DNA of 51,145 nucleotides from Pseudomonadota bacterium (GTDB taxonomy: Bacteria > Desulfobacterota > S145-22): the NCBI GenBank assembly GCA_015493505.1, contig WGDA01000168.1, forward strand, positions 1-51,145, given 5' to 3'. Position 1 is the stretch's first letter; each line of letters opens with the position of its first letter. This document shows positions 35,209 to 48,013 of the stretch, piece after piece. The notes beneath the pieces were generated by a model. That model had not been told where the DNA came from and ran no database searches. It saw only the letters and a program-made list of their open reading frames with translations. The position numbers and the translations under genes were made by a program.

Positions 35209-36329
35209 TGATTCCCTCCCCTGTGGAAAAAAGTAAAAGGATCCGCCTCAACCTGGCTTTTGAACACCTTCACACGCGGGGACACCCCCATCTGTTCAAG
35301 CCAGGAGGACATAAGGTCAACAAAAATTCTTTCCATCGCGAAATGCCCCACATCCACCACTGTCAAACGCAGACCTTGGGCGTCTCGCGCTTCATGATAT
35401 TTTACGTCTCCCGTCAGGTAGACATCGGCCACAGCGGCGGCCTGGGGAATGAACGAGGCGCCGCTCCCGGTGCAGAGAGCGACCCGTGAAACCCGGCCAA
35501 CCGCCTCGCCGACGATGCGATAATCGGAAACGTTAAAGGCCCTTTCCACCCTCGTCAGGAATTCTTCCCATAAAAGCGGCGGGGCAAGGACCCCTGTCCG
35601 CAAAAATCCAGTACCGGAAGAGACCGACGCCAGGGGATAGATATCATAAGCGGGAACCTCGTAAGGATGCGCCTCCTTTAGGGCGGTGATACCCTGGAGC
35701 AAGGTTTCGCGGGGAAACACCACCTCAATCCGTGACTCATTCACACGGTTCAGAACCCCTTTCTCTCCCACAACGGGAGACGTGCCTTCCCCTGGGAAGA
35801 AGGTCCCCTCGCCGGGGCAACTGAACGAGCATCCTTCATAATTCTCAATCCGCCCGCCACCTACACCAAAAAGCGCCTTCAACACGGCTTCGCGGGATTC
35901 CGGGGGAACAAAGGTGACCAGTTTATAAGTCTCATCCCGCGATATCCGGGGATGTAACGTGGAAACCTGGTACAGGCCCAAAAGCCCGGCGGCATAATCG
36001 TTCATCCCCCCTTCCGCCTTGTCCAGATTGGTATGCAGGCTGTATACCGCCACGCCCCGCGTGAGGCAGGCCTTGAGCAGCCTCCCCAGGCCGTTTCGGG
36101 TATCCAGGGATTTCAGCGGAGAAAAGAGCGGGGGATGATGCGAAACAATCAGGTTGGCTCCCTTGCGGACCGCCTCATCGAGGACAGCCTCCGTGACGTC
36201 CAGGCTAAGAAGGATCGCCCCGCACGTCTCGTCGGGATCCCCCACCTGCAGCCCGGGATTGTCCCAGGGTTCCGCCAAAGCCATGGGCGCCCGTCCCTCC
36301 AGGGCTTCCATGATTTTCCGAATCTTCAT
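35205..36329 (-). CDS. Nif3-like dinuclear metal centre protein with PII-like insertion
   Basis: WDNPGLQVG, SHHP, HTNLD, KLVTFVP..HPYEVPAYD, TGDVKYH, GHF..E. Confidence 0.93.
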   Translation of the reverse strand: MKIRKIMEALEGRAPMALAEPWDNPGLQVGDPDETCGAILLSLDVTEAVLDEAVRKGANLIVSHHPPLFSPLKSLDTRNGLGRLLKACLTRGVAVYSLHTNLDKAEGGMNDYAAGLLGLYQVSTLHPRISRDETYKLVTFVPPESREAVLKALFGVGGGRIENYEGCSFSCPGEGTFFPGEGTSPVVGEKGVLNRVNESRIEVVFPRETLLQGITALKEAHPYEVPAYDIYPLASVSSGTGFLRTGVLAPPLLWEEFLTRVERAFNVSDYRIVGEAVGRVSRVALCTGSGASFIPQAAAVADVYLTGDVKYHEARDAQGLRLTVVDVGHFAMERIFVDLMSSWLEQMGVSPRVKVFKSQVEADPFTFFHRGGNH

Positions 36330-36346
36330 GCGCGCTTCCGGGCAAA

Positions 36347-36378
36347 ATAAAAAGCCGAGATTTTTCCCGGCTTTTTAT
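36347..36378 (-). terminator. Intrinsic terminator (potentially bidirectional) downstream of tRNA-Ile2
   Basis: ATAAAAAGCCGAGA-TTTT-TCCCGGCTTTTTAT. Confidence 0.8.
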
Positions 36379-36493
36379 CAATTCGGTTCACCCGGATCTC
36401 TTCCGGGCCTTGAACCACTTCCTGACGCGAACATTCACCGTTTAAGGGTCTGCGCTGATTTCCCGTCATGTCTCCGTCGCTATCGCGTTTTCA

Positions 36494-36569
36494 TGGTGGG
36501 CCCACCAGGGATCGAACCTGGGACCTACCGGTTATGAGCCGGTGGCTCTACCAATTGAGCTATGGGCCC
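36494..36569 (-). tRNA. tRNA with CAT anticodon, most likely tRNA-Ile2 (lysidine type)
   Basis: 76-nt cloverleaf GGGCCCATAGCTCAATTGGTAGAGC..CTCATAA..GGTTCGATCC..GGGCCCACCA; paired 1:72 excludes initiator tRNA; downstream of rpoD like E. coli ileX. Confidence 0.9.
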
Positions 36570-36640
36570 TTTTACTGTTACCCTAAAGCTTATTTCGCCC
36601 TTCGTCAAGATAAATTCACTTTCTCTGAATTTCCCGCGCC

Positions 36641-38377
<1,737 letters not shown>

Positions 38378-38396
38378 CGGCACCCTCACCTCGATC

Positions 38397-40205
38397 TTAA
38401 TTGGAATTTAATACCTGCACATACAATCTCTTCACCGCTTCGCGGCGTTTCTGCAGCGCCATGGCTTCCCTGGCCTTTCCGGACGCCTCCATCTCCCGAA
38501 TTTCAGTGTCCAGCGCTGCGACCTCGGCCCGGTAGCGTCTGGCGCGCAAATTTTTTATCCCGTCTGAAAGGGCCTTTCGCGCTTGTTTCTCCGTCATTTG
38601 AATTTCACCCACCATCAACCGGGAAAACAGGGCTTTCTCCTTCTCGCCCAGCCGTTCCACAAACCCTGAGGCCCCGCCTTCCCCCTGATCTCCCCAACTT
38701 TCAAGCACTGCCTCCGCGAGTGATCGGTGAACGGGGGCCTCAAACAGGGAAATCACATCTTCCGCGATGGCCTCTTCAATCAGTTGCGGATACTGAAGCA
38801 ACGCTGTTAAGACAACCTCCTCTGGCTCTTCCAGGCGTTTCCCCGGCAAATTGGGGTGGCGCGCGCGTCTCCCCCTTCCCAAGCCCGCCTTTTCAGACAC
38901 GCTTTCCGGTTTAAAGGCATTTCTATTTCCATTGGAATTTTTAATGATATCATACAAAATTTGTTTATTCAACCCCAATAAAGATTCAGCCTTTTCCACA
39001 TAGAGGTTCAGTCGCACGGCATCCGAGATCAGGGACAGAAACCTCAGGCTTTCCTTGATCCGCCTCTCCTGCTCTGGCATTCCTTCCTGCCCCTGTGGCC
39101 TCTGGGAAGCCCGGCGGATTCTGAACAGGATGGCGTCCTCAGCCTGCTCCACAACCTCCTTCAGAGCGTCTGAAGACGTGTTCTTCAGGTAATCTCCCGG
39201 GTCTTTCCCCGGTGGCATGACGCCCTGGAAGGTCCGCAAGCCGGCTCGGGTCAACTTCTCCAGGGCACGCTCCGAAGCCTTAAACCCCGCGGCGTCCCCA
39301 TCGAAGAGCATCACAACCTTGTCCGCCCACCGTTTCAGACGGTTCGCGTGAAAATCGGTAAACGCGGTCCCCAGCGCCGCCAGACCGTTTTTGATTCCCA
39401 ACTGGTGCAGCGCGAGAAGGTCCAGGTAACCCTCCACCAGGATGGCAGACCGTTGCCGGCTGATTTCCCGCTTCGACTGAGCCTCGCCATAAAAAAGCTT
39501 CCCCTTCTGAAAGATTAAGGAATCCGGTGTATTGAGATATTTCGGCAGGTGGTCGCCAAGGGCCCGTCCCCCAAACCCGACGACCCGGCCCCGCTCATCC
39601 AGGATGGGAAAGATGACGCGACGCCTGAAAACCGGCACGTACGTCTCATCATCCGTCTTTTTCAAGAGGCCAATGGGGACGGCGTCCTGCGGAGACAGCC
39701 CCCGTTTCTCAAAAACCTCCTTCAACCCATAGGAGGGGGGGGCATATCCCAATTCAAACGTTTTAATCGTTTCGAGCGATAGCCCCCGAGCCTTAAGGTA
39801 CTCGAAAGCGGCGCGGCCTCTCTTGGAGTCCAGAAGAATCCGGTGGAAATAATCCTTTGCCGCCTGGTTGATTTCATGATACGCCTCCCATTTCGAGGGT
39901 CCTCGGGACGTTTTCTCTGGCAGCGCGATTCCAAGGCGATCCGCGAGGTCTTTCACGGCGTCGGAGAAATCGAGGTTTTCAATCTTCATCCAGAAGGTAA
40001 TCGCGTCTCCGCCCGCTCCGCAGCCAAAACAGTAAAACATCTGCTTTTCAGGACTGACGGTAAAAGAAGGGGTCTTCTCCGTGTGAAAAGGGCAAAGGCC
40101 CACCCAGTTCCGTCCCCTGCGCTTCAACGGGACACGTTCAGAGACGAGAGCCACGATATCCAGACGTTCCTTGATCATCTCCACCGCTCTCTGAAAATCC
40201 GTCAT
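38397..40205 (-). CDS. dnaG: DNA primase
   Basis: [16 protein letters not shown] Zn finger, GFGGR, PKYLNTP, VEGYLD, FDGD.AG, KDP. Confidence 0.97.
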   Translation of the reverse strand: MTDFQRAVEMIKERLDIVALVSERVPLKRRGRNWVGLCPFHTEKTPSFTVSPEKQMFYCFGCGAGGDAITFWMKIENLDFSDAVKDLADRLGIALPEKTSRGPSKWEAYHEINQAAKDYFHRILLDSKRGRAAFEYLKARGLSLETIKTFELGYAPPSYGLKEVFEKRGLSPQDAVPIGLLKKTDDETYVPVFRRRVIFPILDERGRVVGFGGRALGDHLPKYLNTPDSLIFQKGKLFYGEAQSKREISRQRSAILVEGYLDLLALHQLGIKNGLAALGTAFTDFHANRLKRWADKVVMLFDGDAAGFKASERALEKLTRAGLRTFQGVMPPGKDPGDYLKNTSSDALKEVVEQAEDAILFRIRRASQRPQGQEGMPEQERRIKESLRFLSLISDAVRLNLYVEKAESLLGLNKQILYDIIKNSNGNRNAFKPESVSEKAGLGRGRRARHPNLPGKRLEEPEEVVLTALLQYPQLIEEAIAEDVISLFEAPVHRSLAEAVLESWGDQGEGGASGFVERLGEKEKALFSRLMVGEIQMTEKQARKALSDGIKNLRARRYRAEVAALDTEIREMEASGKAREAMALQKRREAVKRLYVQVLNSN

Positions 40206-40216
40206 CCCGCCTCCAT

Positions 40217-42601
40217 TCAGGGCAATCGCACCACTGTAATCCCCCGCCCCCCTCTCCTGACGTCTCCGTCATCGAAGGCCACGATTCCCTCGTGGTTGGC
40301 GAGGTATTCGTGAATCGCCTTCCTCAAGCGGCCTGTACCGATTCCGTGGATAATCGTGACCTCTTTCAGGCGGTGCACCAGGGCCGCGTCGATAAACTTG
40401 TCTACTTCCGGAAGGGCCTCCTGAACGCGAAATCCCACTACGTTCAGTTCGGGCTTTGCCTCCGTGGTCACATCCACCCCCACTATCCGCTTTTCCGAGG
40501 ATGGTCTCTTTTCAGGGCCCTTCGCGCTCTTTCTGAGCTTTTTCATGGAGACCTGCATGCGCAGCCCCTTGACCATCACATCAGCCGTCCCCTGCCTGGG
40601 GTTTATCCCGGCCACATGGCCCCTGGTACCAACGGAAGGGATCACCACCTCGTCCCCCACGGAGATCGTCTCATTAGACGTAACCTCCTCCGGAATATTC
40701 AAATCCGCTTCCCCGGTGGAGGGGGGCTGGATCATCCGATTGAATTCACCCTTTGCGTTGGAATAAAAGGCGTGAAAAGAGGGCCGTCGCTCCGACGAAG
40801 CCTTCAAGCCCTCCATGAATTCCTGGAAAGTCTGCCGCTGTTTTTTAATCTGCTGATCCCATTTGGCCTGGTATTTCTTCAGAATCTCCATCTTCTTCAG
40901 CGTTATCTCCTCGACCGCCTTCCTGAACTGGTCCCGCAGTCGGCTTATCTCCCGCCGCGCGTCCGCGAGGGTATCTCTTTCCCGATCCACCTCAACCTTT
41001 AGGGCTTCCAGATCCGCCATCAGATTCGCCAGCAGCCGGTCCTGCTCCTGCCTGTACCGCTCCGCCGCGGTCAGGACCTCAACGTCGATCCCGTAACGTT
41101 TCGCAGTTTCAAACGCGTTGCTGTTCCCGGGCACCCCGTAACACAATCGGAACAGCGGGCGCAGGTGTTCCATGTCAAATGCCACGGAGACATTCATCGC
41201 GTTGGGGTTTTGCGCGCCATACCCCTTCAGGAGCTCAAAATGTGTCGTGACCATGACCGTCGCCTGTCGCCGCGCCAACACGTCCAGCATGCCCAGGGCG
41301 AGGGCGGCCCCTTCCGTCATGCCCGTCCCTGCGCCGATTTCGTCTATCAGGACCAGGCTCGACCCCGAACTCCTGTCAATAATCTTCTTCAGGTGCTGGA
41401 TATGTGCCGTGAACGTGCTCAGGTCATCGGTGATACTCTGTTCGTCCCCAATCTCCGTGAAAACCTCTTCGTAGGGATAAATCTCGCCATCGGGTGCGGC
41501 CGGCACGGGCAGCCCCGCCTTGACCATCAGGGTGACAATCCCGAGGGACTTCAGGGTCACGGTCTTTCCGCCGGCGTTGACCCCGGAAAGGATAAGGACC
41601 CGTTTTCCCTCTGGCAGTCTGAGGTCGATAGGGATGACGTCACCCGTCTTCTGAGACAAAAGCAGGGGATGTCGCACCTGATTCAGCGTAAAACCCGGGT
41701 TAGCCCGCAGATTGACCGTCACCCCGTCAAATTCCTCCATGTAAAGAAGCCGCGCGTGAATCAGATCGAGCTCCGTGATAATCTGCCATCCCAACCTCAA
41801 AAGCGGCAGGCATGCCGCCACGCGCTGGCTCAGGTCACGCCTCACCTGTTCCTCTTCCCGCTCGATCTCCTGAGTGGTCATGGCGAGGGCGTTGTTCAGC
41901 TCCACACATTCGATCGGCTCCACGAAAAAGGTCAGTCGGCTTTGGGACTGATCGTGGATGATTCCCTGAACGGCGTGTTTCGCCCCCGCCTTGACGGGAA
42001 GCACGTAACGCCCGTTACGGATCGTCATGTACTGATCCGTCAGCTGGTCCCCGATACGCCTGGAGCGAATCATCCGTTCCAGGATGGTCTGGATCTCACG
42101 TTTCTGTCTGTCCGCCTTTTTCCTCAACTCCTTCAGGCGTGGGGAGGCCTGATCCCGGATGTACCCGGTCTGGTCTATCGCCTTGTCAATCGTTTTTTTC
42201 AGAGGGTAAAGCTCAGGTATCGGATCCCAGCGCCCAAGAACCGGGGAGTATGTCAGTTTCGCCTTCTCCTCCGCCTTCTTGAAATAGGTCCCGATCTCGC
42301 GGATTTTTTTCACAAAGAAAGCGATGTCCAGAAGCTCCGAGGTGTCCAGGACAACACCCGAAACCTTGAGCCGGTCAAGGATTCCCTCGACCCCGGGAAC
42401 CCCTTCCAGCGCACAGGGGCCCACCTCGGACACAATCTTCCCGAGAGAAAGACAATGCTGGTAAATCTCTTCAATCTCTTCACGAGAAAGCCGGGGGGAA
42501 AGGCGGCGCATGGCCTCTTTTCCCCCCGGTGTCTGGCAAAATCCCTCGAAAATCGAAAGAACTTCGAAATAATCGAGGTGTTCTAACGTCCGCGTGTCCA
42601 T
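40217..42601 (-). CDS. mutS2: MutS2 family protein
   Basis: RNGRYVLPVK..GIIHDQS, RHPLL, G.NAGGKT, IGDEQSI..LSTF, DEIGAGT, TTH, KOW region and C-terminal Smr domain (IIHGIGTGRLR). Confidence 0.95.
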   Translation of the reverse strand: MDTRTLEHLDYFEVLSIFEGFCQTPGGKEAMRRLSPRLSREEIEEIYQHCLSLGKIVSEVGPCALEGVPGVEGILDRLKVSGVVLDTSELLDIAFFVKKIREIGTYFKKAEEKAKLTYSPVLGRWDPIPELYPLKKTIDKAIDQTGYIRDQASPRLKELRKKADRQKREIQTILERMIRSRRIGDQLTDQYMTIRNGRYVLPVKAGAKHAVQGIIHDQSQSRLTFFVEPIECVELNNALAMTTQEIEREEEQVRRDLSQRVAACLPLLRLGWQIITELDLIHARLLYMEEFDGVTVNLRANPGFTLNQVRHPLLLSQKTGDVIPIDLRLPEGKRVLILSGVNAGGKTVTLKSLGIVTLMVKAGLPVPAAPDGEIYPYEEVFTEIGDEQSITDDLSTFTAHIQHLKKIIDRSSGSSLVLIDEIGAGTGMTEGAALALGMLDVLARRQATVMVTTHFELLKGYGAQNPNAMNVSVAFDMEHLRPLFRLCYGVPGNSNAFETAKRYGIDVEVLTAAERYRQEQDRLLANLMADLEALKVEVDRERDTLADARREISRLRDQFRKAVEEITLKKMEILKKYQAKWDQQIKKQRQTFQEFMEGLKASSERRPSFHAFYSNAKGEFNRMIQPPSTGEADLNIPEEVTSNETISVGDEVVIPSVGTRGHVAGINPRQGTADVMVKGLRMQVSMKKLRKSAKGPEKRPSSEKRIVGVDVTTEAKPELNVVGFRVQEALPEVDKFIDAALVHRLKEVTIIHGIGTGRLRKAIHEYLANHEGIVAFDDGDVRRGGRGITVVRLP

Positions 42602-42763
42602 CTAATTATACGCGCACTTCCCTTCCTGTGAGATCCCAAATGAACGGACGCTGCCCCTTTTCCTGGACAACGCGTCCTTGTTCATGATGCGTCTTCAACG
42701 AAATTCGTTACTCAACGAAAAAATATCTCTCTTTAAAACAAGATAATCAGAAAATCTGACAAA

Positions 42764-43219
42764 TCAAGGGCTATTCTCAGAAAGAATAGCCCTCACGATC
42801 TGGTTGACACGTTTACCATCCGCCCGGCCCGCCACCTTCGGCATCACCGCCTTCATGACCTTTCCCATATCCTTGAGGGTGACTGCGGATACCTCGTCAA
42901 TGGTTTCCCGGATCAGTTTTTTCAGGTCCTCTTCGCTCAATTGCTCTGGCAAATAGGCCTGGCAAATGGAGATAAAGGTTTCTTCCTTTTTGACAAGGTC
43001 AGCGCGATGACCCTGTTTAAACTGGGCGATCGCGTCATTGGACTGACGAACAAGCCCCTGAATGATACGGAGTATTTCATCATCTTCGAGCGGCTCTTTC
43101 TTCTCTATCTGCTTGTTTTTGACTTGAGACAGCACCATTCTCAGGGCAGAGAGCTTTTCCTTGTTCCCCGCCTTCATCGCCGCTTTCATATCCCGCGTAA
43201 TCTTTTCAAGAAGCGTCAT
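42764..43219 (-). CDS. yqeY: GatB/YqeY domain protein
   Basis: DMKAAMKA..LRM, YLPEQLS, KDMGKVMK..GRADGK. Confidence 0.92.
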   Translation of the reverse strand: MTLLEKITRDMKAAMKAGNKEKLSALRMVLSQVKNKQIEKKEPLEDDEILRIIQGLVRQSNDAIAQFKQGHRADLVKKEETFISICQAYLPEQLSEEDLKKLIRETIDEVSAVTLKDMGKVMKAVMPKVAGRADGKRVNQIVRAILSENSP

Positions 43220-43238
43220 CGTCTGATTCCAGTATGAT

Positions 43239-43439
43239 TTAATAATCCCTGTATTTACGCATACGCTTCAACGCGCGTTTCCTTGCCGCCAACGCTTTTT
43301 TCTTCTTTTTCACGCTCGGCTTCTCATAATGTTCCCGTTTCCGGAGCTCCGAAAGAATGCCCATTTTCTCGCACTGCTTGTTAAAACGGCGAAGAGCGCT
43401 TTCGAAGGATTCTCCTTCACCTACCACAACTCCAGGCAT
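43239..43439 (-). CDS. rpsU: 30S ribosomal protein S21
   Basis: [21 protein letters not shown]; SD GGAGG before ATG 43439. Confidence 0.96.
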   Translation of the reverse strand: MPGVVVGEGESFESALRRFNKQCEKMGILSELRKREHYEKPSVKKKKKALAARKRALKRMRKYRDY

Positions 43440-43482
43440 GCATTGTTCCCCTCCTTCCTTTATAAATTTTTTTAATCTAAAT

Positions 43483-43511
43483 ATTATATTAAAATAAACG
43501 TTTCTTGTCAA
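43483..43511 (-). promoter_or_regulatory. Consensus sigma-70 promoter of the rpsU operon
   Basis: TTGACA-17 bp-TATAAT on the minus strand. Confidence 0.85.
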
Positions 43512-43637
43512 TAATTTTTTTTAAATAACTTAAACTTTTTCGAACATCCGGACGATGGTCGAGTGTGAAGCGGCAGTGAACCGGATAACCGGCACCAACT
43601 CTATACGGCGTGCGATTCGGTTCTCCCAAAATCACTT

Positions 43638-46073
43638 TTACGACGGAGAAATCATGGGAGGACGCTCGGGAAAATTCCTTTGGAAGAGCGATTCCGTGGT
43701 CACATCCTCATCCTCGAAATCCTTCGCGGGTATAAACTCGAGGTCGAGGATCGCCTCTTTCAGCACCTCATCCATGTGCTCCACCAGGTGAACGTTCATG
43801 GCCTTGACTATCCTGGACGGAATTTCTTTCAGGTCTTTCTCGTTCTCGAGCGGGATGAGAATATCCGTGATACCCGCCCGGTGCGCCGCCAGCATCTTTT
43901 CCTTCAGCCCGCCGATGGGAAGCACGCGCCCGCGAAGGGTGATTTCTCCCGTCATGGCCACGGAGCTCCTGACAGGTTTATGGGTCAGTGCCGAGGCAAT
44001 GGCCGTTGCCATGGTAATCCCCGCGGACGGCCCGTCTTTGGGCGTGGCGCCCTCCGGGATATGGATATGAAGATCCAGTTTCTGGTAAAAATTGCGCTTG
44101 AGGCCCAGCTCTTCCGCGCGCGACCGGATATAACTGACCGCCGCCTGAGCGGACTCCTTCATGATATCACCCAATTTGCCGGTCACGGTCAGCTTGCCCC
44201 GGCCAGGCAGTGTCGTCACTTCGATAACCAAAAGTTCACCGCCGACCTCCGTCCACGCCAGTCCCTTGGCGATCCCGATCCGATCTTCCTTCTCGCCTTT
44301 CTCATACCGAAATTTCGGAACACCCAGGTACTTAGGGATGTGACGAGAGGTGATTTTGAGCGTCTCAATGGCGTCATTGCGAACAAACTCTTTCGCCACC
44401 TTCCTCAAAACTGACGCGATTTCCCGTTCCAGGTTACGGACCCCCGCCTCACGGGTGTACTGCCGGATAATACGCAGGATCGCGCCGTCAGAAAAGTGAA
44501 TACCCTTTCCTTTCAGGCCGGTCCGCTCCAGTTGCTTGTCAATCAAGTGACGCTTGGCGATCTGAAGTTTTTCCACTTCCGTGTATCCCGCAATCTTGAT
44601 AATTTCCATCCGGTCCCTCAGGGGCGGCGGAATCGCCGGAAGGTAATTGGCCGTTGTGATAAACATCACATGGGAAAGGTCGTAATCCAAATCCAGGTAA
44701 TGATCGTTGAAGGTGTTGTTCTGCTCCGGATCCAGGACTTCCAGCAGGGCAGATGAGGGGTCTCCCCGGAAATCGGTACTCATTTTATCGACTTCGTCCA
44801 GGAGGAAAACGGGGTTGCCACTTCCCACCTTTTTCATGGACTGGATGATTTTGCCCGGCAGCGCCCCCACGTAGGTCCGTCGGTGGCCGCGGATCTCCGC
44901 CTCGTCCCGCACGCCGCCCAGAGAGAGACGAACGAACTTGCGTCCCATAGACCGGGCGATCGACTTGGCAAGCGAGGTTTTCCCAACCCCCGGCGGCCCG
45001 ACGAAGCAGAGGATATGCCCCTGTATCTTCCCCACCAGCTTCTGGACAGCGAGATACTCCACGATGCGTTCCTTCACATCCTTCAACCCGTAATGGTCTT
45101 CCTCCAGAATGCGCATACTCTCATCGATGTCAATCTTGTCCTGCGTGTATTCGTACCAGGGAAGCGAAAGTATCCAGTCGATATAGTTGCGTATCACGGC
45201 CGCCTCGGCTGACATGGGAGGCATCAGTTTCAACTTTTTCAGCTCCTCCCGGGCGCGCTTAGCCGCCTCTTTCGACATCTTCTTCTGGTTTATCTTGTTT
45301 TCCAGTTCTTTGATCTCGTTGACGAAGTCGCCCTTTTCTCCCAACTCCTTCTGGATGGCCCGCATCTGCTCGTTCAGGTAGAATTCCTTCTGCGTCTGTT
45401 CCACCTGCTTTTTGATGCGCCGGTTGATCTTGCGCTCCACATGAATAATTTCGATCTCCGCCTGGATGTTTTCCAACAACATCTCGAGCCGGATGAGGGG
45501 TGACTGCTCCTCCAGGAACCGCTGTTTTTTCTCGAGTTTCAAATCGAGCTGGCCCACCAGAGTGTCGGAAATTCGCTCCGGGTCATCCATATCGCCCAGG
45601 GCGTCCAGGACCTCCTGGGGAATCCCTTTTTTCAGCTTGGCGAGACGCGCGAAATTCGCCTTGACGCTTCTGACGAGGGCGAGAACCTCCGGGTTGATCA
45701 CGTGATTCTGCGGGATGCTCTTCGCCCGGACCGCAAAGTAATCATCCGTTTTCAGAAATTCCATGATTCGGGCGCGCTGCTGACCCTCGACCAACACCTT
45801 GACGGACCCGTCCGGAAGTTTCAGCATCTGCACGATGGTTCCGATGGTGCCTACCTGAAAGATATCGTCGGGCGTCGGGCGAACGATCTTCGCCTCCTTC
45901 TGGGTGGCAAACATCAGCTTGCCTCCCTCACGTTCCGTCGCGACCTCCAGGGCCTTGACGGAAATATCCCTTCCCACGAAGAGTGGGACAATCATATACG
46001 GGAAGAGAACGACTTCCCGCAAGGGCAAGAGCGGGAATATATATTCCTGTGGTATCCCTTTAAACTCGTCCAT
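43638..46073 (-). CDS. lon: ATP-dependent protease La
   Basis: [51 protein letters not shown]. Confidence 0.98.
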   Translation of the reverse strand: MDEFKGIPQEYIFPLLPLREVVLFPYMIVPLFVGRDISVKALEVATEREGGKLMFATQKEAKIVRPTPDDIFQVGTIGTIVQMLKLPDGSVKVLVEGQQRARIMEFLKTDDYFAVRAKSIPQNHVINPEVLALVRSVKANFARLAKLKKGIPQEVLDALGDMDDPERISDTLVGQLDLKLEKKQRFLEEQSPLIRLEMLLENIQAEIEIIHVERKINRRIKKQVEQTQKEFYLNEQMRAIQKELGEKGDFVNEIKELENKINQKKMSKEAAKRAREELKKLKLMPPMSAEAAVIRNYIDWILSLPWYEYTQDKIDIDESMRILEEDHYGLKDVKERIVEYLAVQKLVGKIQGHILCFVGPPGVGKTSLAKSIARSMGRKFVRLSLGGVRDEAEIRGHRRTYVGALPGKIIQSMKKVGSGNPVFLLDEVDKMSTDFRGDPSSALLEVLDPEQNNTFNDHYLDLDYDLSHVMFITTANYLPAIPPPLRDRMEIIKIAGYTEVEKLQIAKRHLIDKQLERTGLKGKGIHFSDGAILRIIRQYTREAGVRNLEREIASVLRKVAKEFVRNDAIETLKITSRHIPKYLGVPKFRYEKGEKEDRIGIAKGLAWTEVGGELLVIEVTTLPGRGKLTVTGKLGDIMKESAQAAVSYIRSRAEELGLKRNFYQKLDLHIHIPEGATPKDGPSAGITMATAIASALTHKPVRSSVAMTGEITLRGRVLPIGGLKEKMLAAHRAGITDILIPLENEKDLKEIPSRIVKAMNVHLVEHMDEVLKEAILDLEFIPAKDFEDEDVTTESLFQRNFPERPPMISPS

Positions 46074-47321
46074 TTAAGCTACATCCACCTCGTTTTCATA
46101 AACCACAATAGGCTTTTCCCCATTATTGATAACCTCTTCACTGATAACGACCTCCCGGACGTTTTTCTTGGAAGGAATCTCGTACATGAGATCCAGCATG
46201 GTCTGCTCCATGATGGACCGAAGCCCGCGCGCCCCGGACTTTCTGTTAATCGCCTCCCGGGCCACCGCCTTCAGCGCCCCGTCTGTAAAGGTAATGGAGA
46301 CATTCTCCATCTCCATCAGGCGCTTGTACTGCTTGACCAAGGCATTCTTGGGCTTCCTGAGAATCTCCACCAGCGCCTCTTCATCCAGCTCGTTGAGGGT
46401 GGCAATCACCGGCAGGCGGCCAATCAGTTCCGGAATGAGCCCAAACCTCAGCAGGTCTTCGGGCTGAACCTCCCTCAGAATTTCTCCCAGCTCCTTCTCC
46501 ACCTTGGTCTTGATGTCCGCCTCAAATCCCAGTGTGCTGCCGCCAAGCCTTCTTTCAATAATCTTTTCCAGCCCCGTGAAGGCGCCCCCGCAGATAAACA
46601 GAATGTTGGTGGTATCGATCTGCAGAAACTCCTGCTGGGGGTGCTTTCTTCCTCCCTTGGGAGGCACGTTGGCAACGGTACCCTCGATAATCTTCAGCAA
46701 CGCCTGCTGCACCCCTTCACCGGAGACGTCCCGTGTAATGGACGGGCTGTCGGTTTTCCGGGAAATCTTGTCTATCTCATCGATATACACGATCCCCTTC
46801 TCCGTGCGTTCCACGTCGTAATCCGCCGCCTGCAGCAGGTTCAGGATAATGTTCTCCACGTCCTCGCCCACGTAGCCGGCCTCCGTCAGGGTCGTGGCGT
46901 CCGCGATGGTAAACGGTACGTTCAGAATCTTTGCCAGCGTCTGCGCCAGCAGGGTCTTCCCGGACCCCGTCGGCCCGATGAGGAGAATGTTACTTTTCTG
47001 CAGCTCTACGTCGTCCGAGTGGAGGTTGGAAGTGATTCGCTTATAGTGGTTGTACACCGCGACGGATAGAATCCGCTTGGCACGCTCCTGCCCGATCACG
47101 TATTCATCCAGGGCCTTCTTGATTTCCTCGGGTTTGGGTGCCTCCTCCAGGCTCCCGACATTCTCCTTGTCATCCTCCGCGATAATCTCGTCGCACAACC
47201 GGATACACTCGTCACAAATGTATACGCCGGGCCCGGCAATCAGTTTTTTGACCTCGTCCTGCGTCTTTCCGCAGAACGAACACCTCAATATTTCAGGTTT
47301 GGTGGTATCTTCGTTACCCAT
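46074..47321 (-). CDS. clpX: Clp protease ATP-binding subunit ClpX
   Basis: CSFCGK..ICDEC Zn finger, [31 protein letters not shown] loop. Confidence 0.98.
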   Translation of the reverse strand: MGNEDTTKPEILRCSFCGKTQDEVKKLIAGPGVYICDECIRLCDEIIAEDDKENVGSLEEAPKPEEIKKALDEYVIGQERAKRILSVAVYNHYKRITSNLHSDDVELQKSNILLIGPTGSGKTLLAQTLAKILNVPFTIADATTLTEAGYVGEDVENIILNLLQAADYDVERTEKGIVYIDEIDKISRKTDSPSITRDVSGEGVQQALLKIIEGTVANVPPKGGRKHPQQEFLQIDTTNILFICGGAFTGLEKIIERRLGGSTLGFEADIKTKVEKELGEILREVQPEDLLRFGLIPELIGRLPVIATLNELDEEALVEILRKPKNALVKQYKRLMEMENVSITFTDGALKAVAREAINRKSGARGLRSIMEQTMLDLMYEIPSKKNVREVVISEEVINNGEKPIVVYENEVDVA

Positions 47322-47407
47322 TTCCTTACCTCTTTTCCTTTTTTGCCGATTCCCCTCAAAAAGCGGGCAACCGGGTAAAACCGCTCAATTAAACCGGTAT
47401 GAATCCA

Positions 47408-48013
47408 TCACGCGTCTTCCTGCCGGGACTTCCTTTTTTCAATCACCTCGTCCACGAGGCCGTATTCGAGTGCCTCCTGGCCGCTCATGAAATAATCCCG
47501 GTCGGTGTCGATTCGTATCTTCTCTACATCCTGCCCCGTGTGTTTCGACAGAATCTCGTTCAGTTTCTCCCTCAGGGCGAGGATCTCCCGGGCGTGAATA
47601 TCGATATCCGAGGCCTGCCCCTGAAACCCACCCATGGGCTGGTGCAGCAGGATTCTGGAATGCGGCAGGGTGAAGCGTTTCCCCTTCGTGCCCGCCGCCA
47701 GCAGCACGGCCGCCATGCTTGCCGCCTGTCCGAGGCAGAGGGTCGTGATATCCGGCTTGATAAACTGCATCGTGTCATAGATGGCGAGCCCGGACGTGAC
47801 AACTCCGCCCGGCGAATTGATATAAAGGTGGATATCCTTGTCCGGGTTCTCCGCCTCCAGAAACAGCAACTGGGCGATTACCAGGTTCGCGATCGTATCG
47901 TCGATGGGCGCCCCCAGAAAGATAATCCTCTCTTTCAGCAGCCGGGAATAAATATCATAGGCCCGTTCTCCGCGGCCATCCTGTTCAACAACAATGGGAA
48001 TCAATGCGCTCAT
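47408..48013 (-). CDS. clpP: Clp protease proteolytic subunit
   Basis: [31 protein letters not shown]. Confidence 0.98.
   Translation of the reverse strand: MSALIPIVVEQDGRGERAYDIYSRLLKERIIFLGAPIDDTIANLVIAQLLFLEAENPDKDIHLYINSPGGVVTSGLAIYDTMQFIKPDITTLCLGQAASMAAVLLAAGTKGKRFTLPHSRILLHQPMGGFQGQASDIDIHAREILALREKLNEILSKHTGQDVEKIRIDTDRDYFMSGQEALEYGLVDEVIEKRKSRQEDA

Noticed and set aside
36494-36569. Initiator tRNA-fMet
   Set aside because: It has a paired G1-C72 and lacks the three consecutive G-C pairs (GGG/CCC) in the anticodon stem.
41165-42586. Long antisense ORFs (also 45702-47069, 3899-4807, 36683-37510 and others)
   Set aside because: Shadow frames opposite well-conserved genes, expected from codon bias, with no protein motifs.
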